DNA of 58,408 nt, filler included, from Sphacelaria rigidula (lineage: Eukaryota): assembly GCA_964200075.2 (NCBI GenBank). It is 6 parts of 6 records of this genome, joined end to end, with 100 filler letters (N's around TTAATTAATTAA, not from the genome) between each part and the next. Parts side by side here need not be neighbours in the genome. Positions count along the whole stretch, not along the records: positions 29,257 to 38,907 come from CAXNAA020008030.1; positions 39,008 to 48,658 come from CAXNAA020008031.1; positions 48,759 to 58,408 come from CAXNAA020008032.1; 3 more parts are not named here. One strand, written 5' to 3'. Under the pieces are notes generated by a model, which saw only the letters and a list, made by a program, of their open reading frames with translations, did no database searches and was not told where the DNA came from. The position numbers and the translations under genes are program-made. Shown here one piece after another: positions 37,834-51,782 of this stretch (positions are counted from its first letter, which is position 1; every line of letters begins with the position of its first letter).

Positions 37834-40800
37834 TAGTTACTGTCATATTCCGAAGGTTTCAATTGTCTGAGACCAAGGCTGGAGATCATCACGGGAAGAG
37901 GGGCGGGTACTTCCACCATCAAGAGCTCGCCTAACGGGCGGTGAGCGGACGTGAAGAAAGCTGCATCACTTGCAAGTTATGTAACAGCATAGATTGCAAG
38001 CGATTTCTACTGGGAAAACGTGCCGGATCGGTAGTGCACGACGAATTTCGTGAAGGATTATGTACATGCGGGCCCCACCCCGTCTGCACTGGTCTGAACA
38101 CAAGTGATACCGTACAGCACATCATATACTGTGGTTAGAGACTGCGCACAACCTGCATCAGTGACGCCTGTAGCTGCACAACGTGCTCGATGCACAGCAG
38201 CAACGTGCAAGGTATTATGGCACACCCCAGAACGTAACATCCTTCGTATACCTCTGCCCTGCAGTGATTTCCACCTGTCTTGCGCAGTTCACCACAGCAT
38301 GTACCCAGCCGCTTCTGCTGCCGTTCATGTCTACGGGTAATACCACCTGTCGCAGGTCCAAATTTTCGTAACCCGACCGTCTTGCAGCTGTACCCGACAA
38401 CAGATTTCAGTACTGTGCGCAGTACACTTTTTTTCAATCTGAACAGAAGTATCTTGTCCATCTTTGTACATTTTCACATATAAAGTTGAGCAGTGGGACC
38501 GTGGCGTTGTCGTCAAAATATGGCCGAAGTGGAAGTGAGGAAATCACCAAAATATTCACGACAAACGGGCAAGATCACCCTCTGCGACACAACGGGCACG
38601 GAGCTATCGTAGTTGATGCGTGGTGTTGGCCGCAGTGCGCCCCGCACGCACGATCAACACATCGCCGGCCTTCATGTAATCAAGGCTGTACTAAGTTAAA
38701 TTCACTTCGAAGAACACGTGCTCGAAAGTGCAATGTGACGAAGAAAAGCATGGTATACAGTATCAATATGTACGGGCTGATATCCCATCCGAACGATGAA
38801 AGCACGGTAGACCATAAACATCATAGAGTAAGACCATGCTGCGTGCGGCTCACCCCGACTAATGGTAGGCAGCCGATCATCTCTGCCCATAACCCCATCC
38901 CCACCCCNNNNNNNNNNNNNNNNNNNNNNNNNNNNNNNNNNNNNNNNNNNNTTAATTAATTAANNNNNNNNNNNNNNNNNNNNNNNNNNNNNNNNNNNNN
39001 NNNNNNNCCCCAAAATGGGGTGCCCCCCCCCCCCCCCCGGTCGCCCAGAATGAGGTTTTCGGGAAATTGGGGGGGTGAACACCGTTTTCCAGTCTGTAGG
39101 GCCCCTTGCTGGGTGCAAGTTGGGCAGTCGAAGTTTTGGTATAAGGTACCGTACCGAGCGTACCCCCGGTATTTACCGGGGTATCCCATACTGTGGTATG
39201 TGTAGGTATTCTCACAAGGTCTTTCTCATCTTCATATCGTTTATTTACTATCGTTTGTTTTCATTGCTACTTTCAATCTGATCGCGCAAATTTACTCCCG
39301 ATTAGAGGCGCGGCCCTGGCAGCCCCCGCAAGCTCGTCCAGAAACGGTGCGTAGCTCCTCGCGGTAGAATCTGTGGAAGATACCGACACTGAATGCATAA
39401 ACAAGATTATGCCACAGTCAGACAACAGACAGCATTACACTTGCACTGTACTGGTACAGGGCCAAGGGCCATTCCATGACATTGACCCGACGGCCCGACT
39501 TTCTGGACATTCCCATCCATACCGATGCCCCGAATTGCCGACATTCTAGAAAATGGTTATAGAGATTAGCACATACGTCGCTCGCTCTGCAGCAGCATCG
39601 GCTGCCACACTCCAACACACCGCGCACACACTGTACCAGGAAGCATCTGCTCGAAATACGTCATCACGGGTAAATCAGGAAGCAAGATGGGAGGGGAAAC
39701 AGAGTGAGTTCTACTCGGTTCTTAGAGACATCCGAGCTGATATGATCTGCGGATGTCGCATGCCCGTCGCTTGGTCCACAACTTTTGTTGTAGTGGAGAC
39801 AGGAGCAGTGTGGCGGCAGCTGACTGTTGTTATGTGCGGTTCCGCACTGAAGATTCGACGTGCCAGGCTGTTTTCGTTACTCGTAGAAAGAGATCGGAGA
39901 GACTATCCGATATGCCGTTCGAACCATCGGTGTCTGCTATGTTTTACCTTCAAGGTCGACATCAGTGATTGGAGGTTGAGCTATGATCCCCATCCGAACC
40001 GTCCGTTTCCTTCAGCTTTTTCGCCATTTCTATTGCTGTACGGCAGCGGAGGATTAGTTACCAGTGCTGTTCCACGATACAGACAGCTGCAGTGCAGTAC
40101 AGTCAGGACGTGCTTCTGCTTCAACCGCGTCGAAGTTTAACCGTCTTCGCAATGCGTCAACACACTCCGGTACAGACAGTGACAGGTCCAACACATGGGA
40201 CAGGGCATGGTTGTATTTTTGCCGGGATACATATATTGAAACAGCACATGTCCCACGTTCTAGTACTCCGTCTGATCTCGACAGGACCTCAATTTCGGAC
40301 GAGTGCCGAGTTTCGACGCCCGGCCACAGTCGCACTTTTTTATATCCACCTCATTATTTGTCACATTAGCCCAGTCTCTCGAACCCATGGTCACAGAGTG
40401 CAAGGGGCATACCACCCATACCCATGGATCAAACAGTCCGCACCTTGGGTTACGTCATTCGCGTATGGGAGGTCTGACTTGAACATCTTCACTTTGCCGA
40501 AAGTCACACGGCGTCGTTCCTTTCGAAGAAACAAGAAAAAAATGCGGCACCTTTTTTCTCTTCTTGTTTGCTTTTGGTTTCCGCTGCGTTCATCTTGATT
40601 GGGTAGTATGAGTAAGAGTCTGGATATTTGACAGTGTCGAGAAAATCGAGTACAAAATATCTAATATCGATCGCCATTTGCGGCGATTCTCAGTATCGGA
40701 GTTGCGAGCGGAAAGCCGATACTTTCGATACGCAAACTCGCTCTGTCGGGGCTTTCCTTGCAAAAATGATTCTTCAAAAACAGCGAGAAACGCGTAGGAA

Positions 40801-42848
40801 ACGAGACAAGTGTTTTTCGGTCATTTTCCGAGTATTGTATCGTTGAAAATACGAGTATCGAGTTTTCGTCGTTTTTTCGTCTATATTTTGAAAAATCGTA
40901 TCGAACCGTTCGATTTTTAGCTCTGATATCTGAATTAAAGAAAGCGGTGGAAATTGCAAACCGGTCATGGTGGTGGGAGTGGGGACCCACCGCATGAAAG
41001 GGACAAACTCCCAGCACAAGTGTCTGTCAAGGAATCACCTCTTCACACTGGCGACACCAGTGAGATAGCTCGTACGTTTCACAAATAGAATATCCCGGGC
41101 TCAGATCCCGGATCTGACCAAATTGGTGAGAGCCAAAAAAATGGTGGATACGTTCTGAAGCAGAGTTCAAAACTCACGGGAAATCTCCCTGCGGCAATTG
41201 TTTTTCGGATGACCCATCACACGTGAAAGATACACGAGTACTAAGTACGCATGAAGGAAAGGGCAAGATTTCATCTGCAAGCCGGTGTGAAAACTTGCTC
41301 CTACAAAACCTCCGAGAAATTCATGGAAAGGGGGGGGGTCACATGGCAATCACCACATGGGAGTGTCAAGGAATCACTTTCTCACAGGAGTGAGCTTCAC
41401 CCTTTGTGGCGGTTGCTGGAGCAGCCGCCGAAGGCACCACAGGACAAGGTGCCGCGGAGGTGGCAACACTCATCACTACAGTAGTATGTGATCGCCTTGC
41501 TTGAAAGTGCTGTTCGCGTTGAAATTTGAATCCCCTCGCTCCCTTTATGTTGAATTTTGAGGTGTCACCGCCATCAGGCATGGCATAGCACTGCTGAAGT
41601 GAGCGCTTTTCCATTCTGCACTCCAACCAAGGTCTTATCTTCGCACGTGTATTGGCACACTATTTTTGGATCGAAGATGTGCGGTGGAGAGGGAAAACTC
41701 CGATCTGATGGATCGTCTTCAACTATCGTGATTTAAGTTGACATGGCGATCTATCAAACCAAGATTTCTATTTTCCACCGCACTCTCGCGATAAAAAAAT
41801 AAGGCAAGCACCGCAGAAGTAGGGTGGAGAAATGAAGAAAAACGTCTGTGTTGGCCTTCCTCCCGTGCCTGACCCCGGCCGGTGCGCCCACATACACCGA
41901 AAGGTGTAGACTGGCGTCCAGAATAGATGGGATGACAACACAAACAAACACACACCACTTGTTCTATGGAAAAATGATTTGCTGAGGGCGTGTCTTTCGC
42001 TACTTATATGTGTACATGGAATATTATCGTTGAAATGTGCCGTTTTGGCCGTTCTCCGTCGTTTTTCGCCCGAAAAGAGGGCTGGGCGGGTGTTGACACC
42101 ATTAAATGATTTGCTCTAGTGGTTGAGACCGTACCAGGGCACCTGTGCGTTTTCCGTACGTCGCAGTTTTGTTTTTGGTCCCATGAACATGCACCCAATG
42201 ACGAGCCAAACAGGCCACTCGCGGTCACCATTTCACATCTCTTCCGCATTCTCATCGGATTATTGTTCTCACTTTCTCAATTTCAAAACGATTAACTTTT
42301 TTCAGGCTACTTCTCATGTATCGAAAAATTTGTATCGTTGAGAAGTGCATCTTTGACTCTTCTCCATCGTTCTCCTTTTAATTCCTAAATGATGATTCGC
42401 TTTTGTGGAAGTAATGTCGAGCGCGATGACAATGGTGCATCGTCCATCAACCAATCGTGAGGACAAGGACGTGAACCGCCAGAACATACCTCGCTCTCAC
42501 CGCTCGTTACCATGTATTTCGTCTCGCGAAGCCCTGTCTTCCCGGGACAAAGAAAAGAGATGCGAGAAATGAAGAGTCCAAAAGTAGCACGTTGATAAGT
42601 CGCTGGGCAGGTCTATGGTTGCGGGGACTGATCAACATGCTGCTTTCAGACGCTTGGTTCGATCTGCCCTTATTTTTTCGTGTCGATAAGACACGACCTG
42701 AAGACGGGACCTAAAGCTGAGAGGGAACTTTTGTTTCATAAAGTGCTACCCAGCCTGATCGTATCGCACACCTTCTCCACAAAAATGTATTTCTTATATT
42801 GTGCGGTTGTTGCCACCTGTGTATTTTGTATGTTGAACGTGCGCCCAG

Positions 42849-45800
42849 CTTCGTCAAGGACCTCGTTGCATCGAAGCCGGTTGTGGTTTTCTCCAAGTCG
42901 TACTGCCCACACTGCACCAAGGCGAAGAAGTCGTTGGCAGCGATAGGAGCCAAGTATGAGGTGAGACGGGTAGGGCGGAGACGATTTATCACTAACTCTG
43001 CTCTGTCTCGAAAGGGATGCGTGGTCAATCGTGAAACGACTGAGACAAGCAGCGAATGTACCGCACTTGCATTGTAAAAGTAAGTGCGGAAGTCCACATT
43101 TCGGAACATTTTACCGCCTAGATGTAGACGTGATGCGGGCGGGTGCACGCCGAACCGAACCTGGGGTTGCTGTTTGAATGGCGTGGTAGGCCGTCGCTGG
43201 TCACTCGTATGCACGAATACGAACTCATTACTAACAAGGAGGCTTTGCCGGCCTTGGCATCACTACTCCTCGGCTGGTGTGGCCTTCGTCGACCAGCTCT
43301 CGGCACAACGTGCCTTGGCGCGATGCCGTGTGCGATGATGCCTGCGTTGGACGTGGTGGTTCGCGCATCTTGCGTGTGCCACACCTTGCAGACACTGTTC
43401 GCACAAAGATTCGACGTGAGACGTGCTCAAGTTTCTCACGCGACGAACAGTACGTGAGGTGAAGAAATCGTACGGACTTGAGTTTACCTTCGATCGCACG
43501 CTGATGATTCGCAATTTTCTATTGTGAACCCCTTGAAGAAGTTTGGAGGATCAGGAGTGTCTCTTATGATACCCACCACCACCCTTGCCATACCATATAT
43601 CATTCAGTCGCCGTTATTATCGTTGGGAGCTGTTGATCATAGATGCCTAGGTTCCACCGAATTGTAGACGCCGTTTGTATTGGTACGGGTGATGGTACCC
43701 CACATGATAACATTCTCTGCCTTGGAGCGTCATCAGGAAATGAAATAACGTCGTTGAGGGATGAATGTGTTCATCTGATGGTAGATTAGGCATTCTCGTA
43801 ACCATAGGGGTGTCTATCGAAAGTTTCCATCTGCTTTCGCATGTCTTCGCCGATTGTCCAGGTTTCGACTAAAAAAGAGTGAAAAACGATACTTTCATCA
43901 CGAACTCTTTGTATTCATGTCCTACATTCCACATCCACACGACGTCATCGCGTGATGCGAGCAGCGCACGAGCTCGATATCACGATCGCCTCCCTAGAGC
44001 AGTAGAAGAATGTATATCTGCTGTGTAGTCATGGTGTGTGCTGCATCGGGGCTGAGCGTGCCCCAAACCGCATAAAATAAGCAACAGTTTTTATTTTCAG
44101 GTATAACTATTGATAAATTGGAAAGTAACGATCGTGATGGGAAATAGGGCGTGCATCTATTCAAATAAATTCACGAATCACTGTGAACGGAGCACACCCT
44201 GGACAGTAGAAGGCATTGCCAAAAAATATACTGCGTACGGTATAGGATATATGGTCGATTGCAATATACAATATATCCCATACTGTACGCGGTACATTTC
44301 TTGACATTGTAATCTACTGTCCAGGGTGTGGAACGGAGAGCGGGAAACAAGCAAGGACGAGAGGGGAAAAAAATGACGTCGTGTTCCACCTTTTGACACG
44401 GGCGTTACAAGAAGACGTCTTGCAGCTAGTCCGCACAGTGTTTCTAATTTGACTGACGACCTATCCTGTACTCTCGGTCTTGATTTAGCTTCTGCGATAC
44501 GCGTATTAACCCATTTGGGGTGATGATCGTGAACAAACGTGCATTTCCCGCTGTGCTTGCCCCCCTGTCGCACCGATTGGAGACTGACTTGCATTCGAAC
44601 CATGCCCGCTTCACTTCGAGAGCGTGGGTAACCCCCATGAGCCAAACCCACTGGGCCTGCTGGTGTGACGTTGTTTTCGATGTCCAAATGCCCATGAAGT
44701 ACTAGGGAGAGTGTCCACAGCCTCACTCAGGCGGTCCGTCACGCCGCGCCAATGTTCGTGCCAGGTTTTGGAGCTGGACCAGATGGGCAACGGTAGCGCC
44801 ATTCAAGATGCTCTCGTCGAAATCACCGGGCAGCGTACTGTACCTAACGTCTTTGTCGCCGGATCGGTGAGTGAATTAGCTTGAAGGTTGGTGAGGGATA
44901 CGTGTGCACGCGTGGACTGCGTTTCCCAGCGTTTCCATTTCGGCGCCGGGATGGGAACACCCCAGTTCGGCTTCGTCAAGCAACGGTTGAAACATACTTT
45001 TCTTCCGCCACACCATGACGCCAATCCTAATCCCAACTTCAACCTAAGGCAGACCAAGACCCCATGAGCAAGGGGGGTACACATCCTTCCAAGGGTCGGA
45101 TGAAATAACGATTCGTCTGGAAATTAATTGATTGTAGTGTAAGTGGTTCGTACCGTACGGATCAATCATCAAGCTTTGTTTTCAGTGTTGCAACCCAGGT
45201 ACGTGCAGTCCAGGCACGTGAAATGGCGGTGAAATTACGTGGAGACCTTTTTGACCAGGGGTGAAGTTCTTTCTCTCTTTCGAGCAGCCAGGCCTAAAAA
45301 ACCATGAATTTGGTGGTTTTAACCGGCGATGATTCTTCCGAACCGTGCATCTTCCCCCCCGCAATTGATGCTTTGTTCTAACCCAAAACGTGTGCTGTCC
45401 CCGCTGCGCGCCCACTGCGTGTCGCTTTGGACTGTGAGCCCTATACGATATCCGAACGAGTTGGTTCACGATAAATCCAAGTATATGATCAACCATCGCT
45501 TGATGGCACCGAACCGGGGTAAACTCTTTCGTCGGCGGAGGTTATGAGATGTTGTTTGTGCACTCACAGCTGAGAAATAGAACTCAGCACCATTCGGTTA
45601 CCGTTTGAAGCAGCAGCGATAACCAGGAAATCTATAAGTGTCGTGCTCGACTTTGCAGAAGATTTTGGCTTGCTGACTCTTGGATCGCCACAGTCCATAA
45701 GTTCTGGTGAATCACCATCGCTTTTATATGAAGATAACGCTGAAATCCAGATCATCCCACCCTTGCAGTTCAAGGGTTGATCATCATTTCTTCAAGTCTC

Positions 45801-46343
45801 GTGCGGACTAGCGTGTACATGAAACTTTGCGAATGTAGGGGCAAGTATCAAGCAATTTGACGGCTGGTCGTGGTTGTTCCTGTCAGTAGCTTTGCATGCT
45901 ACGGATCCGCTCTTCGGCCTTGACGAAAAGGCGATGTTTCCATAGCTGGTTGCCCTGGTCGCTGTCGTTGGTCTTCTTCGTCCGATTGTCAAGCGGGTCG
46001 AGTGTTACGCATGTGCAGTCAGTCGTCACCAATAGGAGTGACGATTTTGTGTTGTTGTCGAATGTTAGGGGCGCTGATCGGAACGGCCATCTCGCCCGTT
46101 TGTACTTCTGGAAGAGATCCCCGTAGAAGTCGAAGCACTGCGTAACCAAATCTTACTGCCAATCATTGTTGACATTTGTCCCTGCCCTGGTTCTACCGCC
46201 CTCTACGCTCTGTGCTCGGTACTGTTGTTGCTCGTGTGTGTTTTCTTCGTGACCAAAAGTCCATTGGCGGTGGAGACGATACTGTCAGGTTGCACAAGTC
46301 CGGCCAGCTGGCGACCATGATCACCAATGCTGGAGCGGCTTAA
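42849..46343 (+). CDS. GRX: Glutaredoxin (class I dithiol, CPHC active site), last three exons; start exon unresolved
   Basis: Exons 42849-42960 (VVVFSKSYCPHCTKAK), 44765-44866 (VLELDQMGNG..GQRTVPNVFV) and 46260-46343 (SIGGGDD..AGAA*). GT-AG, phase-consistent, with the TVP and GG-x-DD glutathione-binding motifs. Confidence 0.95.
43000..43060 (+). mobile_element. Extreme 3' tip of the same LINE inside a glutaredoxin intron
   Basis: gtctcgaaagggatgcgtggtcaat..aaacgact.ag.caagcagc matches 25427-25475. Confidence 0.75.
44193..44330. mobile_element. hAT-like palindromic MITE (138 bp) in a glutaredoxin intron
   Basis: TIR CACACCCTGGACAGTAGA / TCTACTGTCCAGGGTGTG, with a perfect 8-bp TSD GAACGGAG (44185-44192 and 44331-44338). 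Confidence 0.9.
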
Positions 46344-49039
46344 CCGGTCATGAAATTTGTCTTGCCCCCCTCCCCCCCAAAACAAAAATGTGTCGGAAAG
46401 GGGAATGTGAGTATTTGGAGGCGAGTGGGGCTTGGCATTTGTATTTTGTGTTCATCGTGGGAACAAGGAAGGCATGCTGTTGTCGCTTGTCGAGCGTCTC
46501 CACGAGGAGGTATTTCTTCAGATTGTGCAAGTGTGTCTGATTGTTCCTCCAATTTTTCACGGAGATAGTTGCAAACTGTTGTAAAGTGCATGTGCCCTCT
46601 ACGCTCATGTCGATACTTTGGTGATGAAGGAATAGAGGTAAAATTCAATCTGCAAAAGCTGTGAGAGTCATCAGCCGCGAATGTACATGATGAATCGCAG
46701 CGTTGCAAAAACGTTGGCGTGAGAAATTACAGTATCCTGAGTTCTTCCCTAGTGTACGATACCAGGTCAGAGCGAGCAATGCATTACAGGGATCATGGAA
46801 AATGTTGATGGTGCAACGTGAAGGATGGACTGTCCGACGGCGAGGGGGGGGGGGCGAGTTGGCAACTTGTACTCGGGTGAATCAGGAGTTGGAGATACCG
46901 GGGAAATACCTGCACGTTGACTTGTGTAAAATACCAACGCAGATGATGGTAGATCTTCCGCTGCGTTTTCACCAGTTTTCGCTTTCGTCCTGCCTGCGGT
47001 ACATACACGTTGGTTGATGTACTGCAGCCGAGATACCCTAGGGAGCCCCTTCAGGAGACAAGATCATGACCCTCACCCAAGGCAACGTTGCACTCTTGTA
47101 GCGGGGAAACCCTCTGGCTGTGAACCTCACGCGAATGACCTCAGATGATCTTGGGCACATTGGGGGCTAAGAACAGCTGTTGAATCAAGACATATCGCCT
47201 TTTTTCATGAAACTATGTGGATGTTGTGCGTATGTCGATCGGTATGTCGAAGACTTCATCGACGCCTTTCAAAAACCACCCAAGTACTCCGTACTTTCAC
47301 CGTAAAAAACATCTGTCACGAATGTTACGAACACTACAGTGCATATACACGTACATGGCGTCGGCTTAGAAACTTTCACATCATTTTTTAACACAGCACG
47401 AATCAGTGCCCCGCAGGGCAGGTTGGTTATCTGTACCCTGTACATGACCCTGCATCACGTCACCAAACGGATTGCATCCACGCAGGGGGAGAGAGATGAG
47501 GTTCCACCCACACTAGCATCGTTTTCTTGACGTCTGACGGAAGCCGAGGAAAGTGCTTTCTATCAGCTTTTGACACCCGTTTGGGTCTGTGAAAACACTG
47601 TCTTGCAATTTTAAATGTTGCCGTATTTATTCTCAAACAATGAAATACTTCGCCTGCGGTTGGTGGCGACCAATCGTCTGGGCTTCTCTCAGCTATGCTC
47701 CTTCAAAGCTAGTCTTCCCTAACTCGGAAAATACTCTTTTAGTCAGTATCCGACGGTGCGGGCCGCGTTTGAAACCGCGAGTAGTCGGTACGCAACGGGA
47801 ATGCTGTCGCTTCAGGTGGGAACCAGATCTCACGTCAGTCAAAAGCTTGTGACTGGCTCCGCAATGGGGAAATTCGAACCAAGCATGTCTCCCAACCACG
47901 GGGCGTACATAAACTGTTATAGGCGTGCCTGACCCCCCAAAATGGGCTAAAAAAAGTATTACCGACCAAAATGACGAATAGGCTCGAGCAGACTGACTTC
48001 TCGGGCTTGGTCAGTAGGGCCTGGTATCATATCAACTTTTCGAGATATAGTGTATCTATATATACCCCTCCCGAAAAAGGTGATATGTCATAAAAGTTGA
48101 TATATTCGTAGTCATGTTCATATACCCCCCATTTTTCCATATATCGCTATAAATCTGATATATTTAGGGTATATGATATATAGGGGTATATATACGATAT
48201 ATATACTATATATATACTATATATCACGTGATTTCTGGCTGTGTGACGTGTATCACCTGGCATCTGACCTATATGATGATGAAATAACCTACAATTTAAC
48301 CTATATGGAACATAATAATGTGGTGCATTACATAGATGATCCCTGCATATATAATACATGTCGCGTTTTCCAGTGATACTCTCGCATCTATGTACCTGTC
48401 CTTGGTTGGGAACTGTGCCCAGTGTGGCAATTGTATCGGTGACTACAACAAACGCACCTGCCCCGAGGTTATATTTACATATATATGTGGTGAAGTGCAG
48501 ACGTGCAGACAGCAGTAGCATTGCGATCAAAAACGACAATGACATGTATCATAGGAATGTCCATGTTCCTTTTTTATTATTGCTGGCGCCCCACACGTGA
48601 TCCCTCTGACCTCCGACCTTCAGGGCATATCACAGGTCAGGCGGCTGTTATGATCCAANNNNNNNNNNNNNNNNNNNNNNNNNNNNNNNNNNNNNNNNNN
48701 NNTTAATTAATTAANNNNNNNNNNNNNNNNNNNNNNNNNNNNNNNNNNNNNNNNNNNNTGAAGAACGGTACTCCAGAAAACTCAGAAAAAAGGACAACTA
48801 CGAATTCTGAAAACTTCTGACGCTGACTACTAAAGTAAATGTTGCCTGCTGAGTCGCCTTGATATCCTTCAGAAAGAAACGGCACAGCTGGTGAGTCTTC
48901 CGTGGGAACCGATGCAATTTGTCCAGAAAATGACTCCAACCCTTTATCGCAAAGCTTAATTACGGAAACGACGTTTGCTTGGGAGCATGCACAGAATGGG
49001 GACTGAGATACTGGTTCACGTTGACCATCGTCAACAACT

Positions 49040-49900
49040 CTCGAAATTCGGCGGACAACCATCGTACACGTGGGGATCTCTGTGGGGCCCGTTTCGAAGT
49101 ATAACAACCAAGGCGCTGACAACAGCTTCAATGGTCGCGCAAGCAAAAAAGTGCGCACCCAGACAATTTCATGGTGGAGCGGGAAGCCTGAATTTTTACG
49201 ACTAATTATATGTACCAAGAGAACGTACCAGAACAGCAGTTTGCCCATTCGAGTCTCACACTAAAGCGGTAGGATTTGCAAAACGGCGTAGGGCGAGCAA
49301 CTCAATTCTGGCGGACGTACAGGCCCATCATCGGGAAGTTTCAACTAGTCTACCTGTCGGTTTCACGTTTCGACCAGCAAGCCGAGGTGAGTTCCGGGCG
49401 TGTGCACGGATAGGGATGCGATCAAGAATGGGTCGCGTATGGCTGTATTTTGGAAATCCACAACCGCCACGTTTTGCACCTTCTTACTCAGGATTCGGAC
49501 TAGGGTCAGGGTCAAAGGTAGGGTGCTCGTTCGAAAACCCTGGTACTAAGAAGCACCGAAAACATGCACACCGGAAGCAACTATTCGGCACTTCAAGTCG
49601 AAGTCTCGGCAGCCGAACTTTCCTCTCTTCGGCTTTGCAGTGTTCAACTTTCAACGTACAATGTCGCGTGTGATCGGTAGTTTCGAAAATCTGACGCCGT
49701 CACGTTTCGCATCTGCTTCCTTGGGGATAGCGTGAGGGTTACGGTAGAAAGACTGGTTCGGGAACCCTGGTACTATGGAGTGCTGCTGCAAATATACACA
49801 CCCTCATTCCGAGTGTTCTTTTTCGAGGCCTTCATCACGAGTCGAACACTTTCTTTAGAGAGCGGGTCGTGCATCGCCGCAGACCATTGATCTTCAGCGC
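49040..49900 (+). repeat. Long dispersed repeat, direct copy at about 56900-57580
   Basis: Shared cgcacccagac, tttgcccattcgag, cgtacagg.ccatcatcggga, ggcacttcaagtcgaagtctc and tggttcgggaaccc. Confidence 0.85.
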
Positions 49901-50011
49901 TTTCATCGTTTCTAGCGATGCCTTCAGTATAGCTGTGCGGATCTTCCAGAGTAGAGCGCCTGCAAATATGAAGGTTGTTTCAAAACACCCGAGAACGAAA
50001 AATCTCACACC

Positions 50012-50560
50012 TAAATTCTTGATTGTACCAAAGCTCGAATATGCCGCAGTAGTATGGGAGGGGAACGTAGGTTGGTGAGGAAGTTGGAAAAAGTACCGAT
50101 TACATCAGCTAAGAAAATACTTGGGTGCTCAAGAACGACGAGTAATACAGTGTTGAGAGCAGAGTTGGGAATGTACCCACTAAAAAAAAAACAGGGACAT
50201 GAGAAACTCGAATACGCAAAATAGCGTCGAAAATATGTAGAGAAAGAGATTGCCAGACATCGTTGATAGGACTGTATGGAAGAAAGTAACGAATGGGCAG
50301 GCTGGGATAAGGTGGGATAGAGAAGTCGAACACGTGTGGAAAGAGATAGGGGGTAACCAACACGAAATACTGTCCATAGGTTAAGGTGCGGGGTACGAGA
50401 TACATGATGGACACAGGGCAGCAAGGAAGGCTCAGACAGAAGTACACGAGGAAGAACAAATGGAGATATACGAAGGCTTAAGAGAGGGGATGGAGATAGA
50501 AAGATATCTGCACGACCTCATTGACGCGGCGAAAAACTTGAAACTACGATTTCGGGTGAG
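50012..50560 (+). mobile_element. Second fragment of the same LINE family
   Basis: IVPKLEYAAVVWEGNV..KKILGCSRTTSNTVLRAELGMYPL..YLHDLIDAAKNLKLRFRV, homologous to 24420-24970. Confidence 0.88.
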
Positions 50561-51782
50561 GGGGGGCTCCGGATTTGATCAAATATCGACACATATATTA
50601 CCCATCTGGCACATACGAAGTATAGTGTAAGTAGTACTTCGAAGGCGTTCGTTAGATTTCAACTACTGTGGACTTCGATGGGAATGAGCCGAATGTTTCC
50701 AGTCAGCAAAGAGCACAAAAGCAACTCGCCGAAGGACGAAGGAGCATAGTCCCCCGAACTTTACGTCATACCAAAAAAACGGTTCATCTCAGAAGGAAGA
50801 TGGAATAGGAGACACTACTGCCCCACCTTGCTGAACAGAGTACACCAAGCCTGGCCGGCTCAGCCCACCGCACAACGTCGGGTCTCAACAGGAAGCACGA
50901 GCACTGCACCAATACACGGAGTAAAACAGTGTATTTGGCCTGGTGCACGGTAGAACGCGTCGCACCTGATCGAGGCACTGACTTGTGCGACAAAGATAAC
51001 AGGACTGCTATCCCATCTTCCGGCCATCACCCGATAGTCTCGTTAGGAACGTTACGAGGGTTACGGTTACGGTTACGGTTAGGACTGCCGCCGGTTGCTT
51101 TACCTCGTCGTCGGTGGCCCCTATATACGTTGTGAGTACACCTCTTTTTCACCAATGCACTGGGCTTCACCAGCCCACAGCAGAATGGGGCACACGAGTG
51201 AGGCACGTGATACAACTGCGGACGATAAAAATGGCACCTACACTTGCTAATCCTGACAGCGACCCCTCCACGGGTGGACTTAAGATGGACTATGCAACAT
51301 TAGGGGTTCAGAACAGCTATTTTCTCGCTGCACGATATGCCCTTTTTCACCATCACACGGATGCTGGGCATCTATATAAAAAACAGTTGCGGAGAACCCC
51401 TGACCGGTTATTGTTATGCAGTCAATACCGTGCAGAGACAGCATGAGTGCAGTATATGTCGGCTGGATCCAATGGCAAGAAATAGTCCGCTCGGACATCG
51501 CTCTCCACTGAACACAACTTACTGAATGCTGCCGATGCATCTGCTTGGTGTTCCACGACAACACTACAGACCGGGAAGCTATGCTGGCAACACATGAGGC
51601 GTCGGACAGGCGGCACAGACCTCAAGCGAAGTACAAAGCACGTCATGTGTGCCCATGTAATCCATGGTTGGATTGACATGATCAAAATGAGAGACTGCTA
51701 GACAGCGAAGTAGTCTACGTGTACGGGAAATACGTGCTCATTCCGTGATTGATCAGAATGGTCATTCCGCGCCTCTCTAGTC

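Noticed and set aside
37877..37940. LEIITGRG Smr-like exon
   Set aside because: An isolated short match with no supporting neighbouring exons.
9860..46343. Redox/metabolic gene cluster of FMO, methyltransferase and glutaredoxin
   Set aside because: The genes lie on different scaffolds joined by artificial spacers.
47850..47930. tRNA-like GGTTCGAAT B-box on the minus strand
   Set aside because: No cloverleaf could be folded; at most a decayed SINE head.
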